DNA of 64,000 nucleotides from Pirellulales bacterium (lineage in GTDB: Bacteria; Planctomycetota; Planctomycetia; Pirellulales; PALSA-1355): assembly GCA_963733035.1 (NCBI GenBank), contig CAVTBU010000005.1, positions 1,184,001 through 1,248,000 on the forward strand. Reading direction: 5' to 3'. Both the position numbers and the translations under genes were made by a program. This document shows positions 43,506-54,737 of this stretch, in pieces. The notes below the pieces were generated by a model. It saw nothing but the letters and a program-made list of their open reading frames with translations, did not search any database and was not told the DNA's origin. The stretch's first letter is position 1; each line of letters opens with the position of its first letter.

Positions 43506-43660
43506 GCGAGTTTGCCTCGGGCGGAATTGCGCTCAGCGTGCGCCATGTATGGCAACGCAACTCGCCGCTGGGCAAGCGTTTCGGTCGCTTGCCGCCGCGT
43601 TTGGCCGCGGCCCCGATGCGATGACTTTACGGTTCCTGTTTCGAATTTGACTGCTGGCCC

Positions 43661-45139
43661 ATGTTTGAATCCCTGCAAGAAGGTCTGTCTGGCGCGCTCA
43701 AGACGCTCCGCGGCAAGGGAAAGCTGAGCGAGGCGAACATGCGCGAAGGCCTGGGCCTCGTGCAGAAGGCGTTGCTGGAAGCCGACGTCAGCTATCCGGT
43801 CGTCAAGGAGTTCGTCGGCAAGGTCAGCCAGGAGGCGCTGGGCGAGCGCGTGCTGTCATCGCTCGATCCCAGCCAACAGGTCGTCGGCATCGTCCATCAG
43901 GAGCTGATCGACCTGATGGGGCCGGTCGATCACTCGCTGCATTTGCAGGCGGGCGTCACGGTGCTCATGCTCTGTGGCCTGCAGGGTTCCGGCAAAACGA
44001 CAACCACTGGCAAGCTGGGCCGACTCATCCATGAGCGCGGGAAGAAGCCGCTGCTGGTTGCCGCCGACTTGCAACGGCCCGCGGCCATCGAACAACTGCA
44101 CGTGATCGGCGAGCAGCTTGGCCTGGATGTCTACTCCGAGCCGGGTGCAAAAGACCCTGTGGCCGTGTGCCAGGCCGCCGTCAAGCATGCCAAAAAAATC
44201 GGCGCCGACGTGGTGCTACTCGATACGGCCGGCCGGCTGCATATCGACGACGAGCTCATGGAACAGCTCAAGCAGATCGATCGCCGCGTCGAACCGCAGC
44301 AGGTCTATCTGGTCGTCGACGGCATGACCGGTCAGGACGCCGTCAACAGTGCCAAGGCGTTTAACGAGGCACTCGAGCTCGACGGTGTGATCCTCACCAA
44401 GCTCGATGGCGATGCCCGCGGCGGTGCCGTGTTGAGCGTCAAGCACGTGACCGGCGTGCCGATCAAGTTCATCGGCACGGGCGAACATCTCGATGCCCTG
44501 CAAGAGTTTCATCCCGAACGGATGGCGGGGCGGATCCTGGGAATGGGCGACGTCCTGACCCTGGTCGAACAGGCCCAGCAAAAGTTCGATCAGGACGAGA
44601 TGGCGCAGCAAGAGGAGCGGCTTCGCAAGGGCGAGTTCACGCTCGACGATTTCCGCAACATGATGACCCAGACCAAGAAGCTGGGCCCCATCAACAAGAT
44701 TATGAGCCTGCTGCCCGGCATGGGCGGCATGCAGCAGATGATGGACGCGGTGGATGCCGAGGGAGGCATGAAGCGGCTGGGCGGGATTGTCGATGCGATG
44801 ACGCCGGCCGAACGCCGCCACCCGTCGAAAACGATCGACCAGAGCCGCCGCCGGCGGATTGCCGCGGGAGCCGGCGTCGAGCCGCACGAAGTCAACGAGC
44901 TGGTCAAGCAGTTCGACGGCATGGCCGCCATGATGAAGGAAATGGCCGGCCTGGGAATGCGTGACCGCTTCAAGAAGATGCAGGACTTGCAGAAGGGGCT
45001 TACGAACCCCATGGCTCAACTGCAAAAACCCAAGGTCGGCACCGGCAAGCGACTCAACTCGCAGGAGCGGGCCAAACTCCGCAAACAGCGGGAAAAAGAA
45101 GCTCGTCGCCGTAAGCGTGAAACCAGGCGAGGCGGCTAA
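43661..45139 (+). CDS. ffh: signal recognition particle protein
   Basis: [24 protein letters not shown], Met-rich M domain, RRIAAGAG. Confidence 0.98.
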   Translation: MFESLQEGLSGALKTLRGKGKLSEANMREGLGLVQKALLEADVSYPVVKEFVGKVSQEALGERVLSSLDPSQQVVGIVHQELIDLMGPVDHSLHLQAGVTVLMLCGLQGSGKTTTTGKLGRLIHERGKKPLLVAADLQRPAAIEQLHVIGEQLGLDVYSEPGAKDPVAVCQAAVKHAKKIGADVVLLDTAGRLHIDDELMEQLKQIDRRVEPQQVYLVVDGMTGQDAVNSAKAFNEALELDGVILTKLDGDARGGAVLSVKHVTGVPIKFIGTGEHLDALQEFHPERMAGRILGMGDVLTLVEQAQQKFDQDEMAQQEERLRKGEFTLDDFRNMMTQTKKLGPINKIMSLLPGMGGMQQMMDAVDAEGGMKRLGGIVDAMTPAERRHPSKTIDQSRRRRIAAGAGVEPHEVNELVKQFDGMAAMMKEMAGLGMRDRFKKMQDLQKGLTNPMAQLQKPKVGTGKRLNSQERAKLRKQREKEARRRKRETRRGG

Positions 45140-45229
45140 CGCCGTGACCCGCCTGGCATTTGAATCCACACTCACTCGGATACCATTGAACATTCGCATC
45201 GCTTTAACCAACTGATCCAGGAGGACCGC

Positions 45230-45694
45230 GTGGCAGTCAGAATTCGCATGAAAATGATGGGCCGAAAACATCGGCCGTTCTTCCGCATTTGTGCCGTCGA
45301 CTCGCGCAATCCGCGCGACGGGCGCGTGCTCGAAGAACTTGGAACCTACGACCCCATGGTCAGCGAGACCGATGCTCGCGCCTTGCTCAGGGCGGAACGC
45401 ATTGCCTATTGGCTGGGCGTCGGCGCCCAGCCCTCGATGAAAGTGAAAACGCTGATCAAGAAGTACGGTGCCAACGGCACCCACGTTGACAGTCAACAGC
45501 AAGCCCGCGAAAAGCTGGCTATGCCCAAGGTGGTGCCCGACGCGGGCGAGCCGGCCTATATTCCGCCGGCCCCTGGTTCGGAGCCAGAGCCGGCCCCGGT
45601 CGCCGAGGCTGCCCCGAGTGAAGCGGCCGCCAGCGAGCAAACTACCGATGCCAACGAAAGCGAATCGAGCGAGGAGACGGCTGCGACCGAATAG
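45230..45694 (+). CDS. rpsP: 30S ribosomal protein S16 with acidic C-terminal tail
   Basis: AVRIRM..G.K.RPFFRI..DSR.PRDG..LEELGTYDP; AGGAGG RBS. Confidence 0.96.
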   Translation: MAVRIRMKMMGRKHRPFFRICAVDSRNPRDGRVLEELGTYDPMVSETDARALLRAERIAYWLGVGAQPSMKVKTLIKKYGANGTHVDSQQQAREKLAMPKVVPDAGEPAYIPPAPGSEPEPAPVAEAAPSEAAASEQTTDANESESSEETAATE

Positions 45695-45763
45695 TCACCC
45701 GACCTGCGCCGACGGACGCGACGCGGCAAGTGAAACGTTGACCCCGGCTGTGAGCGTAGCGTC

Positions 45764-46471
45764 ATGCGGTTCGATGTGTTGACCTTGTTTCCAGGAATCC
45801 TCGCGGGATACCTGGGGCAAAGTTTGATGAAGTTGGCCATCGAGCGTGGGCTGGTCGACGTCCACTTGCACAACATCCGCGATTGGGCGCGCGACAAACA
45901 CCACACCGTCGACGACCGCCCTTTCGGCGGCGGGCCGGGCATGGTGCTGAAAGTCGAACCGGTGGTCGAGTGTGTGGAAGCGGTGCGAGAATTGGGCCCC
46001 GAACCGGGGCACTTGATCATGCTGTCGCCCCAGGGCCGAAAGCTGGATCAAGCGATCGTCGAGGAATTGGCCGGCAAACGCCGTCTGCTCCTGTTGTGCG
46101 GTCGCTACGAAGGTTTTGATGAGCGAGCAAAACAGATTTTGGAGCCGGACGAGATTTCGATCGGCGATTACATTCTGGGAGGCGGAGAAGTCGCGTCCCT
46201 GGTCATTATCGATGCCGTGGCCCGGTTGGTGCCCGGCGTGCTAGGAGACGAAGAAAGCAATCGACAAGATTCGTTCTCGGGCCAGGACCGACTGCTCGAA
46301 TTTGCCCAATACACGCGGCCCCGCGAATATCGAGGCCTGACGGTGCCCGAGGTCCTCTTGGGCGGCAACCACGAGCAAATTGCCCGCTGGCGCGACGAAC
46401 AAAGTGCCCATCGCACACGCGAGCGGTGCGCCGACCTGTGGGCGAAATCACAAGACAAACCGAAAAACTAA
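45764..46471 (+). CDS. trmD: tRNA (guanine37-N1)-methyltransferase
   Basis: VDDRPFGGGPGMV, CGRYEGFDER, SIGDYILGGGE, YTRP. Confidence 0.98.
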   Translation: MRFDVLTLFPGILAGYLGQSLMKLAIERGLVDVHLHNIRDWARDKHHTVDDRPFGGGPGMVLKVEPVVECVEAVRELGPEPGHLIMLSPQGRKLDQAIVEELAGKRRLLLLCGRYEGFDERAKQILEPDEISIGDYILGGGEVASLVIIDAVARLVPGVLGDEESNRQDSFSGQDRLLEFAQYTRPREYRGLTVPEVLLGGNHEQIARWRDEQSAHRTRERCADLWAKSQDKPKN

Positions 46472-46565
46472 AATTGGGCAATTGCCGCCAGCGGCCCTCC
46501 CACCGTCGCTTGTGGTGCTGCCCCAATCACCGTAAAACAGATACCAAATAGAAAGGCCCCGACCC

Positions 46566-46940
46566 ATGAGCCAGCAAATTCTTGAGCTCGTCGAAAAGAG
46601 CTCTCTGAAAGAAGAAAAGCCCGAGTTTCAAATCGGCGACACCGTGGACGTCCACACCCGAATTCTTGAGGGTGAGAAGGAACGGATTCAGATCTTCAAC
46701 GGCGTGGTAATCGCCCGGGCCGGCTCTGGCACGCGCGAGACCTTCACGGTCCGCCGCATCGTGGCAGGCGGCGGCGTCGAGCGGAAGTTTCCAATACATT
46801 CGCCGCGGATTGCCAAGATCGAAGTCAAACGCCGGGGCGTCGTCCGCCGAGCCAAGCTGTACTTTCTCCGCGACCGCGTCGGCAAGGCCGTCCGTCTGCG
46901 AGAGCGGCGCGACACGGGCTCCAAGGAAAACAAAGCGTAG
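46566..46940 (+). CDS. rplS: 50S ribosomal protein L19
   Basis: [35 protein letters not shown]. Confidence 0.98.
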   Translation: MSQQILELVEKSSLKEEKPEFQIGDTVDVHTRILEGEKERIQIFNGVVIARAGSGTRETFTVRRIVAGGGVERKFPIHSPRIAKIEVKRRGVVRRAKLYFLRDRVGKAVRLRERRDTGSKENKA

Positions 46941-47062
46941 TTGCGAGCGAAGCGATTCCTTCGTTGCCGCACGTCAACGTGCCGCCGGGGCTGCCCGACG
47001 GCAGCGGCCAAGATTGTTTTCGTCTCGAGGCGCGCTAACGACGTCGCGTGAGGGTTCCCCGC

Positions 47063-47491
47063 ATGAACTTCACGTCATTCGTGACTCGGCTGCGCTTGGC
47101 CTGGCAGCGGCACAACTCGCTCGATCGCCGGGGCGAACGGGCGGCCGAACGCTGTGTTCGCCGCTTGGGCTACAAAATCGTCGCCCGTCGAGAGCGCGGC
47201 CGACTGGGCGAGTTAGACCTCGTGGCCGTCGACAAGCGAACGATCGTGTTCATCGAGGTGAAGACCCGGCGGAGCCACGACAAAGGTCATCCGGCCGATG
47301 CCGTCGACGCCGACAAACAGCAGCGACTGACACGGCTCGCGCTCGCCTACCTCAAGCGCCACGGTCTGCTGGAGTACTCCGCCCGCTTCGACGTCGTCGC
47401 CGTCACCTGGCCCAACGGCGCCAAGCAACCCACGATCGATCACTATAAGAATGCATTCCCGGCGATCGGCCGTGGGCAGATGTTTAGCTAG
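47063..47491 (+). CDS. yraN: YraN family (UPF0102) nuclease-like protein
   Basis: GELDLV..IVFIEVKTR, RFDVVAV, NAF. Confidence 0.9.
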   Translation: MNFTSFVTRLRLAWQRHNSLDRRGERAAERCVRRLGYKIVARRERGRLGELDLVAVDKRTIVFIEVKTRRSHDKGHPADAVDADKQQRLTRLALAYLKRHGLLEYSARFDVVAVTWPNGAKQPTIDHYKNAFPAIGRGQMFS

Positions 47492-47543
47492 TGGGGACTA
47501 CTCCGAACGCGCATGTCCCCCCGGCACGCTCTAGAATGGGAGA

Positions 47544-49559
47544 ATGACTCCTCCGCGTCAAACCTTTCGATTTCTTCCCTGGGCGGCAGCCGGCACCTGG
47601 CTGTTGTGGGCGATCAGCGTCGCGGACATGGCTTGGTACTACACCATTCGCGCGGAGCACCCCAGCTACGTCCCCATCCTGGCTTTGCTCACGTCGTTGG
47701 CATTGGCGGGAATTGTTTTGCTAGGCGGAGCCGCTATTCGCCTGGTACGTGGGCCCGTTCGTCGCCGCGCAATTGGCTGGCTAATGGTTGGTTTGACGCC
47801 ACTATTCCTGGCCGCAGCGCACTTGGGGTTAAGCGCTTGGTACCAGTTCCGCGATCACTCGCTCCCCAATGCACCTAGCAAATGGGCCGCTAGTGCGTTT
47901 GCCAGCGTGGGAGATCTCGTGGCCCGCATTCGCCACCCGCACTGCAGCACGGGTAAGCGTGTCGTCATGTTTCACGACGCGGATGATCAGGCGGCCAGCG
48001 AACTCGCGTCGCTGGATGAACACGTGGAACGCATGGAAGAACTGCTGGGCAAGTCATCTACCGCAACAGCTCATCTTTACCGCGGCCCGGTGTTTGACGC
48101 TTCGGCTCAAATCGCGGGTTGGTACCTGTGTGGACTGGCCATCGTGGAAATGCACGGCGAAACCATTGGCTCGCTCGACCGCCACGAATTGGCGCACGCC
48201 GTCGTCGACTTCCACAGCGACATCGATGCCGTGCCGCCGGCGGTGTTGGTGGAAGGCTGGGCCGAAAGCCAGTCCGGCTACGACGAAGCCTACCTCGCGC
48301 AGCGTGCCTGGCGGCGATGCCTGCGTGGTGAACGAATGAGCCTCCAAGCGATGACGGGCGATGCGTTCTACTTCGCGGCGGATTGGCATTGCTACGAGCT
48401 GGGTGGTCCACTGGTCGACTATCTCCTGAGGGCCTTTGGCGGTCCGAAGTTCCTTGAGTTGTACACAACGTGTCGGCCGGAGTCGTTCGCCGCGGACGTA
48501 AAGCGAGTGTATGGTCTATCGCTGTCTCAGTTGGACGAACGCTATTGGGCGGACATCGCGGATCAGGTGGCGCATAAGCCGTCGCCATTTGATGGTGCCC
48601 TCGCGGCTGCGTCTGTCTCTGACGGAGTCGATCGCGAACAGTGGGAAGTGTTCGCGCACGATTTCGCCACGGCCGTCCAGCAACCGACGGCGGAAACCGG
48701 CCCCGTCATCGTGGAGTACATCCGAAAGTCTCGCGGAAGCGAGGGAGAGGCGGAAACGGAAACCAACGAGATCATTCGTTCGGGCGATCGTCATCGCTGG
48801 CTGATGCGGACCTCGAAGAACCAGCAGTTGGTGCTTGCCACGCCGGAGTTAACCTGCTTCGTCACCCGGCCGAATGAGTCCGCCGATTGGTCGTTCGACG
48901 ATTGGGACAGCCTGCATCGTCGGCCGGCGGACTATTGGAATTGTCTTCGATTTATCGAGATCGCGGATTGGCCATCGAGCGGCGACTACAACGACCTGCG
49001 GTCGCGGATGTTCGTCGAGAGCGTGCGCCGCGAAAATTTTCGCGTTACGCATCTCTCCCACGATCACATCGATGGCGAGCCAACCGCGCGGCTTGAGTGC
49101 GAATACTTTTTTTCGATTAATGGGGGAAATGCCAGTGTCCAAAACCGATTCGTCCTGCTGCCTAATCGGCATTTTGCCATTCGTGAGTACGAAATACGGC
49201 ACGTCTCGCCTCAGCAAACCACCGTCGAGTCAGGCACGCTTGAGTATCCGGCCGACGACCGCGCGTCGGCCCGGCCAACTCGCATGGAACATCACTTGAA
49301 GGGTCGTCGGTCTCAAGCCGCCGCGACTTGGGAACTTGTGCGCTACGAACCGTGGAGTGATGCACTTGACGTGTTCGATTCAGAGCAACTGGGAATCTCG
49401 CGAGCACAGGTAGACGCCTGCTATCGGCCACCGTGGTACCTGTGGTGCTGGGGGCCGCTGGCGGCGGTATCGCTCATAGTCGGCCTCGCCCTATTGATGG
49501 GAGGTCGAACGCGGCCACAACCTGACTCGGATGACAACCATTCTGTCGGGGATGTCTAG
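47544..49559 (+). CDS. membrane-anchored protein with gluzincin (peptidase MA-like) motif
   Basis: Three N-terminal TMs, HELAH..EGWAE, C-terminal TM. Confidence 0.65.
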   Translation: MTPPRQTFRFLPWAAAGTWLLWAISVADMAWYYTIRAEHPSYVPILALLTSLALAGIVLLGGAAIRLVRGPVRRRAIGWLMVGLTPLFLAAAHLGLSAWYQFRDHSLPNAPSKWAASAFASVGDLVARIRHPHCSTGKRVVMFHDADDQAASELASLDEHVERMEELLGKSSTATAHLYRGPVFDASAQIAGWYLCGLAIVEMHGETIGSLDRHELAHAVVDFHSDIDAVPPAVLVEGWAESQSGYDEAYLAQRAWRRCLRGERMSLQAMTGDAFYFAADWHCYELGGPLVDYLLRAFGGPKFLELYTTCRPESFAADVKRVYGLSLSQLDERYWADIADQVAHKPSPFDGALAAASVSDGVDREQWEVFAHDFATAVQQPTAETGPVIVEYIRKSRGSEGEAETETNEIIRSGDRHRWLMRTSKNQQLVLATPELTCFVTRPNESADWSFDDWDSLHRRPADYWNCLRFIEIADWPSSGDYNDLRSRMFVESVRRENFRVTHLSHDHIDGEPTARLECEYFFSINGGNASVQNRFVLLPNRHFAIREYEIRHVSPQQTTVESGTLEYPADDRASARPTRMEHHLKGRRSQAAATWELVRYEPWSDALDVFDSEQLGISRAQVDACYRPPWYLWCWGPLAAVSLIVGLALLMGGRTRPQPDSDDNHSVGDV

Positions 49560-50275
49560 CCGGCAAACGGCCAATCGGAACCTAGCGCCTTTTGCTGGAT
49601 CTGGCGAATCTCCGCCAGGCCGCCCTTGGCCAGCTTGAGCAGCGCGGCCAGATCGTCTTCGCTGAAGGTGGCTTCCTCGCCGGTTCCCTGTACTTCCACG
49701 AAACGGCCTCCGCCGGTCATGACGACGTTCATGTCCACTTCCGCCGCCACGTCCTCGACATAGTCCAGATCGAGCACCGGCCGGCCTTCGACCATGCCGA
49801 CGCTGATTGCGCCCACACTGTCATTCAGCGGATACTTGGGCAGATCGGGAATCGTGCTGATTGCGTCGACCAGCGCAATCAGGGCGCCGGTGATGCTGGC
49901 CGTGCGGGTGCCGCCGTCGGCTTCGAGGACGTCGCAATCGACCATGATCGAACGCTCGCCAAGGGCGTCCAGATTAACCACGGCTCGCAGGCTGCGGCCA
50001 ATGAGCCGTTGAATTTCGGTCGTGCGGCCGTCCACTTTGCCAACGTCACGGCGTTTTCGCGGGCTGGTGCTGCCCGGCAGCATGCTGTATTCGGCGGTGA
50101 CCCAACCGCGCCCCTGGCCAGCCATCCAAGGCGGCACGCTGTTGTCAATGCTGGCGGTGCAAAGCACGGTTGTGCGGCCCGATTTGATCAACACACTGCC
50201 GGAGGCCGGTCGAGTGAATTGGCGTTGTACGCTGATGGGGCGGAGCGAATCGGGACTGCGGCCGTCGTGTCGCAT
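49556..50275 (-). CDS. rph: ribonuclease PH
   Basis: [44 protein letters not shown]. Confidence 0.98.
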   Translation of the reverse strand: MRHDGRSPDSLRPISVQRQFTRPASGSVLIKSGRTTVLCTASIDNSVPPWMAGQGRGWVTAEYSMLPGSTSPRKRRDVGKVDGRTTEIQRLIGRSLRAVVNLDALGERSIMVDCDVLEADGGTRTASITGALIALVDAISTIPDLPKYPLNDSVGAISVGMVEGRPVLDLDYVEDVAAEVDMNVVMTGGGRFVEVQGTGEEATFSEDDLAALLKLAKGGLAEIRQIQQKALGSDWPFAG

Positions 50276-50322
50276 GAATATTTCCTCGTTGGCCGCGTGG
50301 CCGGCTGCGTTTCAATCGGCCG

Positions 50323-51246
50323 TCAGCTTTGTGCGCCCAGGATCCAGGCCAAGATGCCCTTCTGGACGTGCAGGCGATTGGCCGCTTGTTGCACAACCAC
50401 GCTTTGCGGTCCGTCGATCACTTCGTTGGTAACTTCTTCGCCGCGATGAGCCGGTAGACAGTGCATGAACAGCGCGCCCTCGGGAGCCTGGGCCATCAGT
50501 TTCGCATTCACCTGATAGTCGGCAAACACCTGGCGGCGCTTCTCCGATTCTTCTTCCTGGCCCATGCTGGTCCAAACGTCGGTATAGACCGCGGCGGCCC
50601 CCTTGACGGCTTCCGCCGGATCCGCCGTCGTCAGCAGGTCCAGATCGGGAACTTCGTCGTTCAAATGAGCGAGGAACTCGGCATCGAATTCGTACCCCTT
50701 GGGGGACGCGATGGCGAAACGAATGCCCATCTTGCCGCAGCCCTCGGCCAGGCTGTGAGCAACGTTGTTGCCGTCGCCCACGTAGGCCAGGGTTTGCCCC
50801 TTCAGCCGGCCGACGCTTTCCTTCATCGTGTATAAATCCGCGAGCGCCTGGCAGGGATGGGCGAAGTCCGTGAGTCCGTTCACCACGGCACAAGCGCTGT
50901 ACTGCGCCAAGTCGACGGCGGTCTGATGCTTGTGCGCTCGCACGACGATGACATCGGCATATTGGCTCAACACGCGACCAAAGTCCGCCACGCTCTCGCG
51001 AGAGCCAAACCCCGCCTCGTTACCGAGGAAAATGCTGCTGCCCCCCAGATTGATCATGCCAGCCTCGAAGCTCACACGGGTGCGCAGCGAAGGCTTTTCG
51101 AACAGCAGCGCCATCACCCGCCCCGGCAAGAGCGCGTCACGCCGCCCTTGGTCGTACTTGGCCTTCAAGTCCTGGGTGATGGCAAAAATCCGATCGATCT
51201 CGGCCGATTTCAAATCGGCCACAGTAAGCAGATTTCGCATGGGCAT
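50323..51246 (-). CDS. argF: ornithine carbamoyltransferase
   Basis: KPSLRTR, HPCQALAD, GDGNNV, DVWTSMG, HCLPAHRGEE. Confidence 0.97.
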   Translation of the reverse strand: MPMRNLLTVADLKSAEIDRIFAITQDLKAKYDQGRRDALLPGRVMALLFEKPSLRTRVSFEAGMINLGGSSIFLGNEAGFGSRESVADFGRVLSQYADVIVVRAHKHQTAVDLAQYSACAVVNGLTDFAHPCQALADLYTMKESVGRLKGQTLAYVGDGNNVAHSLAEGCGKMGIRFAIASPKGYEFDAEFLAHLNDEVPDLDLLTTADPAEAVKGAAAVYTDVWTSMGQEEESEKRRQVFADYQVNAKLMAQAPEGALFMHCLPAHRGEEVTNEVIDGPQSVVVQQAANRLHVQKGILAWILGAQS

Positions 51247-51280
51247 TACTCTCGCTGACGACTGGCACGCGGCGGGCTTG

Positions 51281-52486
51281 CTAGCCGGTCTGTTCCTTAA
51301 GGACGGCAGCCAATATGTCGCAGCCGTCGTGGAGTTGTTGTTCGCTCAAATTCATTGCCGGCAGCAGCCGGATGACCGTGTCATGCGTGCAGTTGACCAG
51401 CAGCTTGCGGTCCATGCAGCCCTGCACCACGGGCGTGCCGTCCACCGTCAGCTCGAGTCCGATCATGACGCCCTGCACGCGCACGTCGCGGATCAGGTCG
51501 CACTCCGACTGTAGCGCGGTAAGCCGCTCTCGAAACAGTTCGCCGAGCCGCCGGGCATGCTTGAGCAGCCCCTCCTGTTCGATCATTTCGATGGCCGCAA
51601 TCCCCGCCCGGGCGGCAATCGGATTGCCACCGAAGGTGGCGGCGTGCATGCCGGGCCGCAGGCTGGGAGCGATTTCGGCCGTCGCCAACAGGGCACCACC
51701 GGCAATGCCGCCGCACAGGCTCTTGGCCAGCGTCATCACATCGGGCGTGACACCGTAGTGCTGATAGGCAAACCACTCACCGGTCCGCCCGCATCCGGTC
51801 TGCACCTCGTCGAACACGAGGAGTAGCCCCTGGTCGTTGGCAATGCTACGCAGCCCTGCCAGGAACCCATCGGGAGGCAGATTGACGCCACCTTCTCCTT
51901 GAATGGGCTCGATCATGATGGCGGCGGTCTCGTCGTCGACGAGTCGCGACACCGCGTCCAGGTCGCCGTAGGGCGCGTACACAAAGCCGGCCATCAGCGG
52001 ACCAAGACCTTCATGATATTTGGGCTGGGCGGTAGCGGCCGTCGCGCCCAACGTGCGGCCATGAAAGCCGCCTTCGAACGTGATGATCTTGTAGCGTCCC
52101 TTGGGAGCATGCAACCGGACCAGCTTGATGGCGGCCTCGTTCGCTTCCGTTCCCGAGTTGCAGAAGAACGCCTGACCGCCGAAACTTCGGTCGGACAAAA
52201 GTTTGGCCCACTGTCCCTGGGCTTCGGTGTACCAGGTGTTGGGTACGTGAATTAGCCTGGCAACTTGTTCCTGCACGGCCTGGACAACGGGCGGGGGACA
52301 ATGGCCCAACAGGTTGCAACCCCAGCCCGGAAAGAAGTCGAGGTACTTGTTCCCGTCGGCATCCCAAACCCAGGACCCTTCGCCGCGGTCGAGCACGACA
52401 CCATAGCGGCGATAGTTGGGCACGACGTATTTCTTGAACGTCTCGACGATTTCGCTGGTTGTCTTGCTCGCTGGGATGGTTGCCAT
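51281..52486 (-). CDS. argD: acetylornithine aminotransferase
   Basis: [40 protein letters not shown]; between argB and argF. Confidence 0.93.
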   Translation of the reverse strand: MATIPASKTTSEIVETFKKYVVPNYRRYGVVLDRGEGSWVWDADGNKYLDFFPGWGCNLLGHCPPPVVQAVQEQVARLIHVPNTWYTEAQGQWAKLLSDRSFGGQAFFCNSGTEANEAAIKLVRLHAPKGRYKIITFEGGFHGRTLGATAATAQPKYHEGLGPLMAGFVYAPYGDLDAVSRLVDDETAAIMIEPIQGEGGVNLPPDGFLAGLRSIANDQGLLLVFDEVQTGCGRTGEWFAYQHYGVTPDVMTLAKSLCGGIAGGALLATAEIAPSLRPGMHAATFGGNPIAARAGIAAIEMIEQEGLLKHARRLGELFRERLTALQSECDLIRDVRVQGVMIGLELTVDGTPVVQGCMDRKLLVNCTHDTVIRLLPAMNLSEQQLHDGCDILAAVLKEQTG

Positions 52487-52612
52487 GAAGTGGTTCTCCC
52501 GTGAGGGCGAAAAGATCTGGAACGGAGGGTGCCAAAGTCCCAAAGACATCCCCTGGGCGCGACAGGTTCGGCATGGCTCGGCGGCCGCCACGCAATGCGC
52601 CGGCAGGTGCGT

Positions 52613-53572
52613 TTAGGCCGGGTCTTTGATGATTTCGGTGCCCACCCCTTTATTCGTGTAAATCTCCAGCAGCAGGCCGTGACGATCGCGTCCATCGATA
52701 ATGTGGACCTTGCGAATACCCTTGCCGAGCGTTTCGAGACACGCTTCCACCTTCGGAATCATGCCTCGCTCGATCGTACCGTTGCGGATCAACTCTCGGG
52801 CCTGACTAGCCGTGAGGGAATTGATCAGCGAATCAGGATCGTCCTTTTGCAAGCGGACGCCATTGACGTCGCTCATGTACACCAGTTTCTCGGAACCCAG
52901 GGACTGCGCAACGGCCGTGGCCGCGGTATCGGCGTTCACGTTCAGCTTCTCGTCGTTTTCCCCCAAACACATCGAAGGAATGACCGGGACGATTCCCGCG
53001 TAGCACAGGTTATTAATCGTGGTGCGATCGACTCGAGTGACCGTACCGACGGCTCCCAAGTCGACCTGGTTGCCGGCCTCGTCATGCAACGAGAGACGCT
53101 CACCCCACAGCACGTTGGTCGTGCGAAAGTTGAGCGGCGCGGCACGGCCGCCGAACGCTTCGATCCGCTCGGCAATATGTTCATTGGTTTCATAGGCCAG
53201 CACGCGTTCCACGATGTCGCGCGTGGCGTCATCGGTGTACCGGCGACCCTGGATAAACCGGGGTGTCAGCCCCGCGGCGTCCATGGCCCGATTGATCGCC
53301 GCGCCGCCGCCGTGCACGACAACCGGACGCATGCCCACCGTTTCCATGAAAACGATATCCACCAGCAGATGCCGCAGCGCATCGACGTCGTCAAGCAGGC
53401 TGCCGCCCAACTTGATGACCGTCACCTTGTCGCGGAACTGGCGAATCCAGCCCAGGGCTTCGATCAGCACATCGGCCTTTTCCGTGGGGGTGAGCAACGC
53501 AGGCAAGACTCCGGCTTGGAGATGCGGATCGAGGCGGGGACGCGAATCGGAGACGTCGACCGCCCTTGGCAA
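52613..53572 (-). CDS. argB: acetylglutamate kinase (start uncertain)
   Basis: [34 protein letters not shown]. Confidence 0.95.
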   Translation of the reverse strand: MPRAVDVSDSRPRLDPHLQAGVLPALLTPTEKADVLIEALGWIRQFRDKVTVIKLGGSLLDDVDALRHLLVDIVFMETVGMRPVVVHGGGAAINRAMDAAGLTPRFIQGRRYTDDATRDIVERVLAYETNEHIAERIEAFGGRAAPLNFRTTNVLWGERLSLHDEAGNQVDLGAVGTVTRVDRTTINNLCYAGIVPVIPSMCLGENDEKLNVNADTAATAVAQSLGSEKLVYMSDVNGVRLQKDDPDSLINSLTASQARELIRNGTIERGMIPKVEACLETLGKGIRKVHIIDGRDRHGLLLEIYTNKGVGTEIIKDPA

Positions 53573-53837
53573 TCTGAAGGGGTGAATTCATCAGGGAAAA
53601 CGTATCATTGTAGGGTACCCCCAGGGGCTGTCAACGCGATCCCAATGGTCCTCCCAGGCGTGAATCGTTGGCTCGGAAACCATGTCGTCGCGAGCCTCTG
53701 GCCAGGTGCCGCTGTCAAACCGTTGGCAACGAACTGGGCAAAACGACCGGTTTTTAGCCCGCCCCCTGGAACCACCACGAGCGAATTGCCAAGATGGGAG
53801 TTTTCGCACGACTTATCTTCCGGAGTAATTCCAGCCA

Positions 53838-54590
53838 GTGAATGAGCCGTTGGCAATCGTGATGGCGGCCGGCAAAGGCACCCGCATGAAGAGCGAGCTC
53901 CCCAAGGTGCTCGTGCCGGTGTGCGGGCGACCGATGCTCGACTATGTGCTCGACGCCCTTGAGGCGGCCGGCATCAAGCGAATTGTCGTGGTGGTCGGCT
54001 ACCGAGCCGAGGACGTGAAGCAAGCCGTCGGCGCGCGTCGAACGGTATCGTTCGCCCTGCAGGCCGATCAGCGCGGCACGGGCCACGCCGTGATGTCTGC
54101 TCGGGACCAACTCGCCGGCCATGAGGGCGCAGTGCTGGTCGTGGCCGGCGACTCGCCGATGATGCAAAGTGATTCGCTCGGCAAACTACTGGCCCAGTAC
54201 AACCGCTCGAGACCGGCCTGCATCCTGGGCACGGCAACCAAGGACGATCCAAAGGGGTTGGGCCGGGTGGTTCGCGACAGTCACGGAGAGTTCACCTGCA
54301 TTGTCGAGGAGAAAGACGCTACCGAGGAGCAACGGAAAATCACGGAAGTTAATCTTAGTTGCTATGTGTTCCACGGTCCCGACCTCTTGCAGGCACTCGA
54401 TGAAATTCGCTCGGACAATGCCCAGGGGGAATATTACATCACTGACTGTCCGGGCGTTTTGCTGGCCGGGGGAAAAGATGTGCGAGCGTTAAATGTGTTG
54501 CAACCATGCGAATCGCTATCGATTAACAACATGGATGAATTGGCCGTCGTCGAAGAAACCATGCGTGCGATGGGCATCGCGGAGGCCTAG
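53838..54590 (+). CDS. glmU: GlmU N-terminal uridylyltransferase domain only
   Basis: MAAGKGTRMKSELPKVL, GTGHAV, GDSP, IVEEKDA, NAQGEYYITD; ends at 250 aa with no hexapeptide repeats; upstream of prs. Confidence 0.85.
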   Translation: MNEPLAIVMAAGKGTRMKSELPKVLVPVCGRPMLDYVLDALEAAGIKRIVVVVGYRAEDVKQAVGARRTVSFALQADQRGTGHAVMSARDQLAGHEGAVLVVAGDSPMMQSDSLGKLLAQYNRSRPACILGTATKDDPKGLGRVVRDSHGEFTCIVEEKDATEEQRKITEVNLSCYVFHGPDLLQALDEIRSDNAQGEYYITDCPGVLLAGGKDVRALNVLQPCESLSINNMDELAVVEETMRAMGIAEA

Positions 54591-54737
54591 GCGTTACAAT
54601 CAAGTTGCCACGACCGGCACGGCCTTCTCCATTCGAGGAGGCGACGTGGCCAACGGGGCCCACAACTCTCTCTAATTTTCGCATCGCAGCCTTCCGACGA
54701 CGCACGTTCTGCCAGTTGGAGCGAAAGTGACCGATCC

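Noticed and set aside
44216..45640. Long antisense or overlapping ORFs (also 29709-30890, 52529-53845, 60700-62190)
   Set aside because: Shadow frames opposite well-supported genes, expected in GC-rich DNA; no recognisable motifs
37488..48031. Extra parS-like half sites (TGTTCCACGT near 37488, CACGTGGAAC near 48021)
   Set aside because: Only one arm matches the palindrome
54604..54653. Imperfect hairpin between glmU and prs as an ncRNA or REP element
   Set aside because: Single copy in the window, no U-tract and no recognisable family
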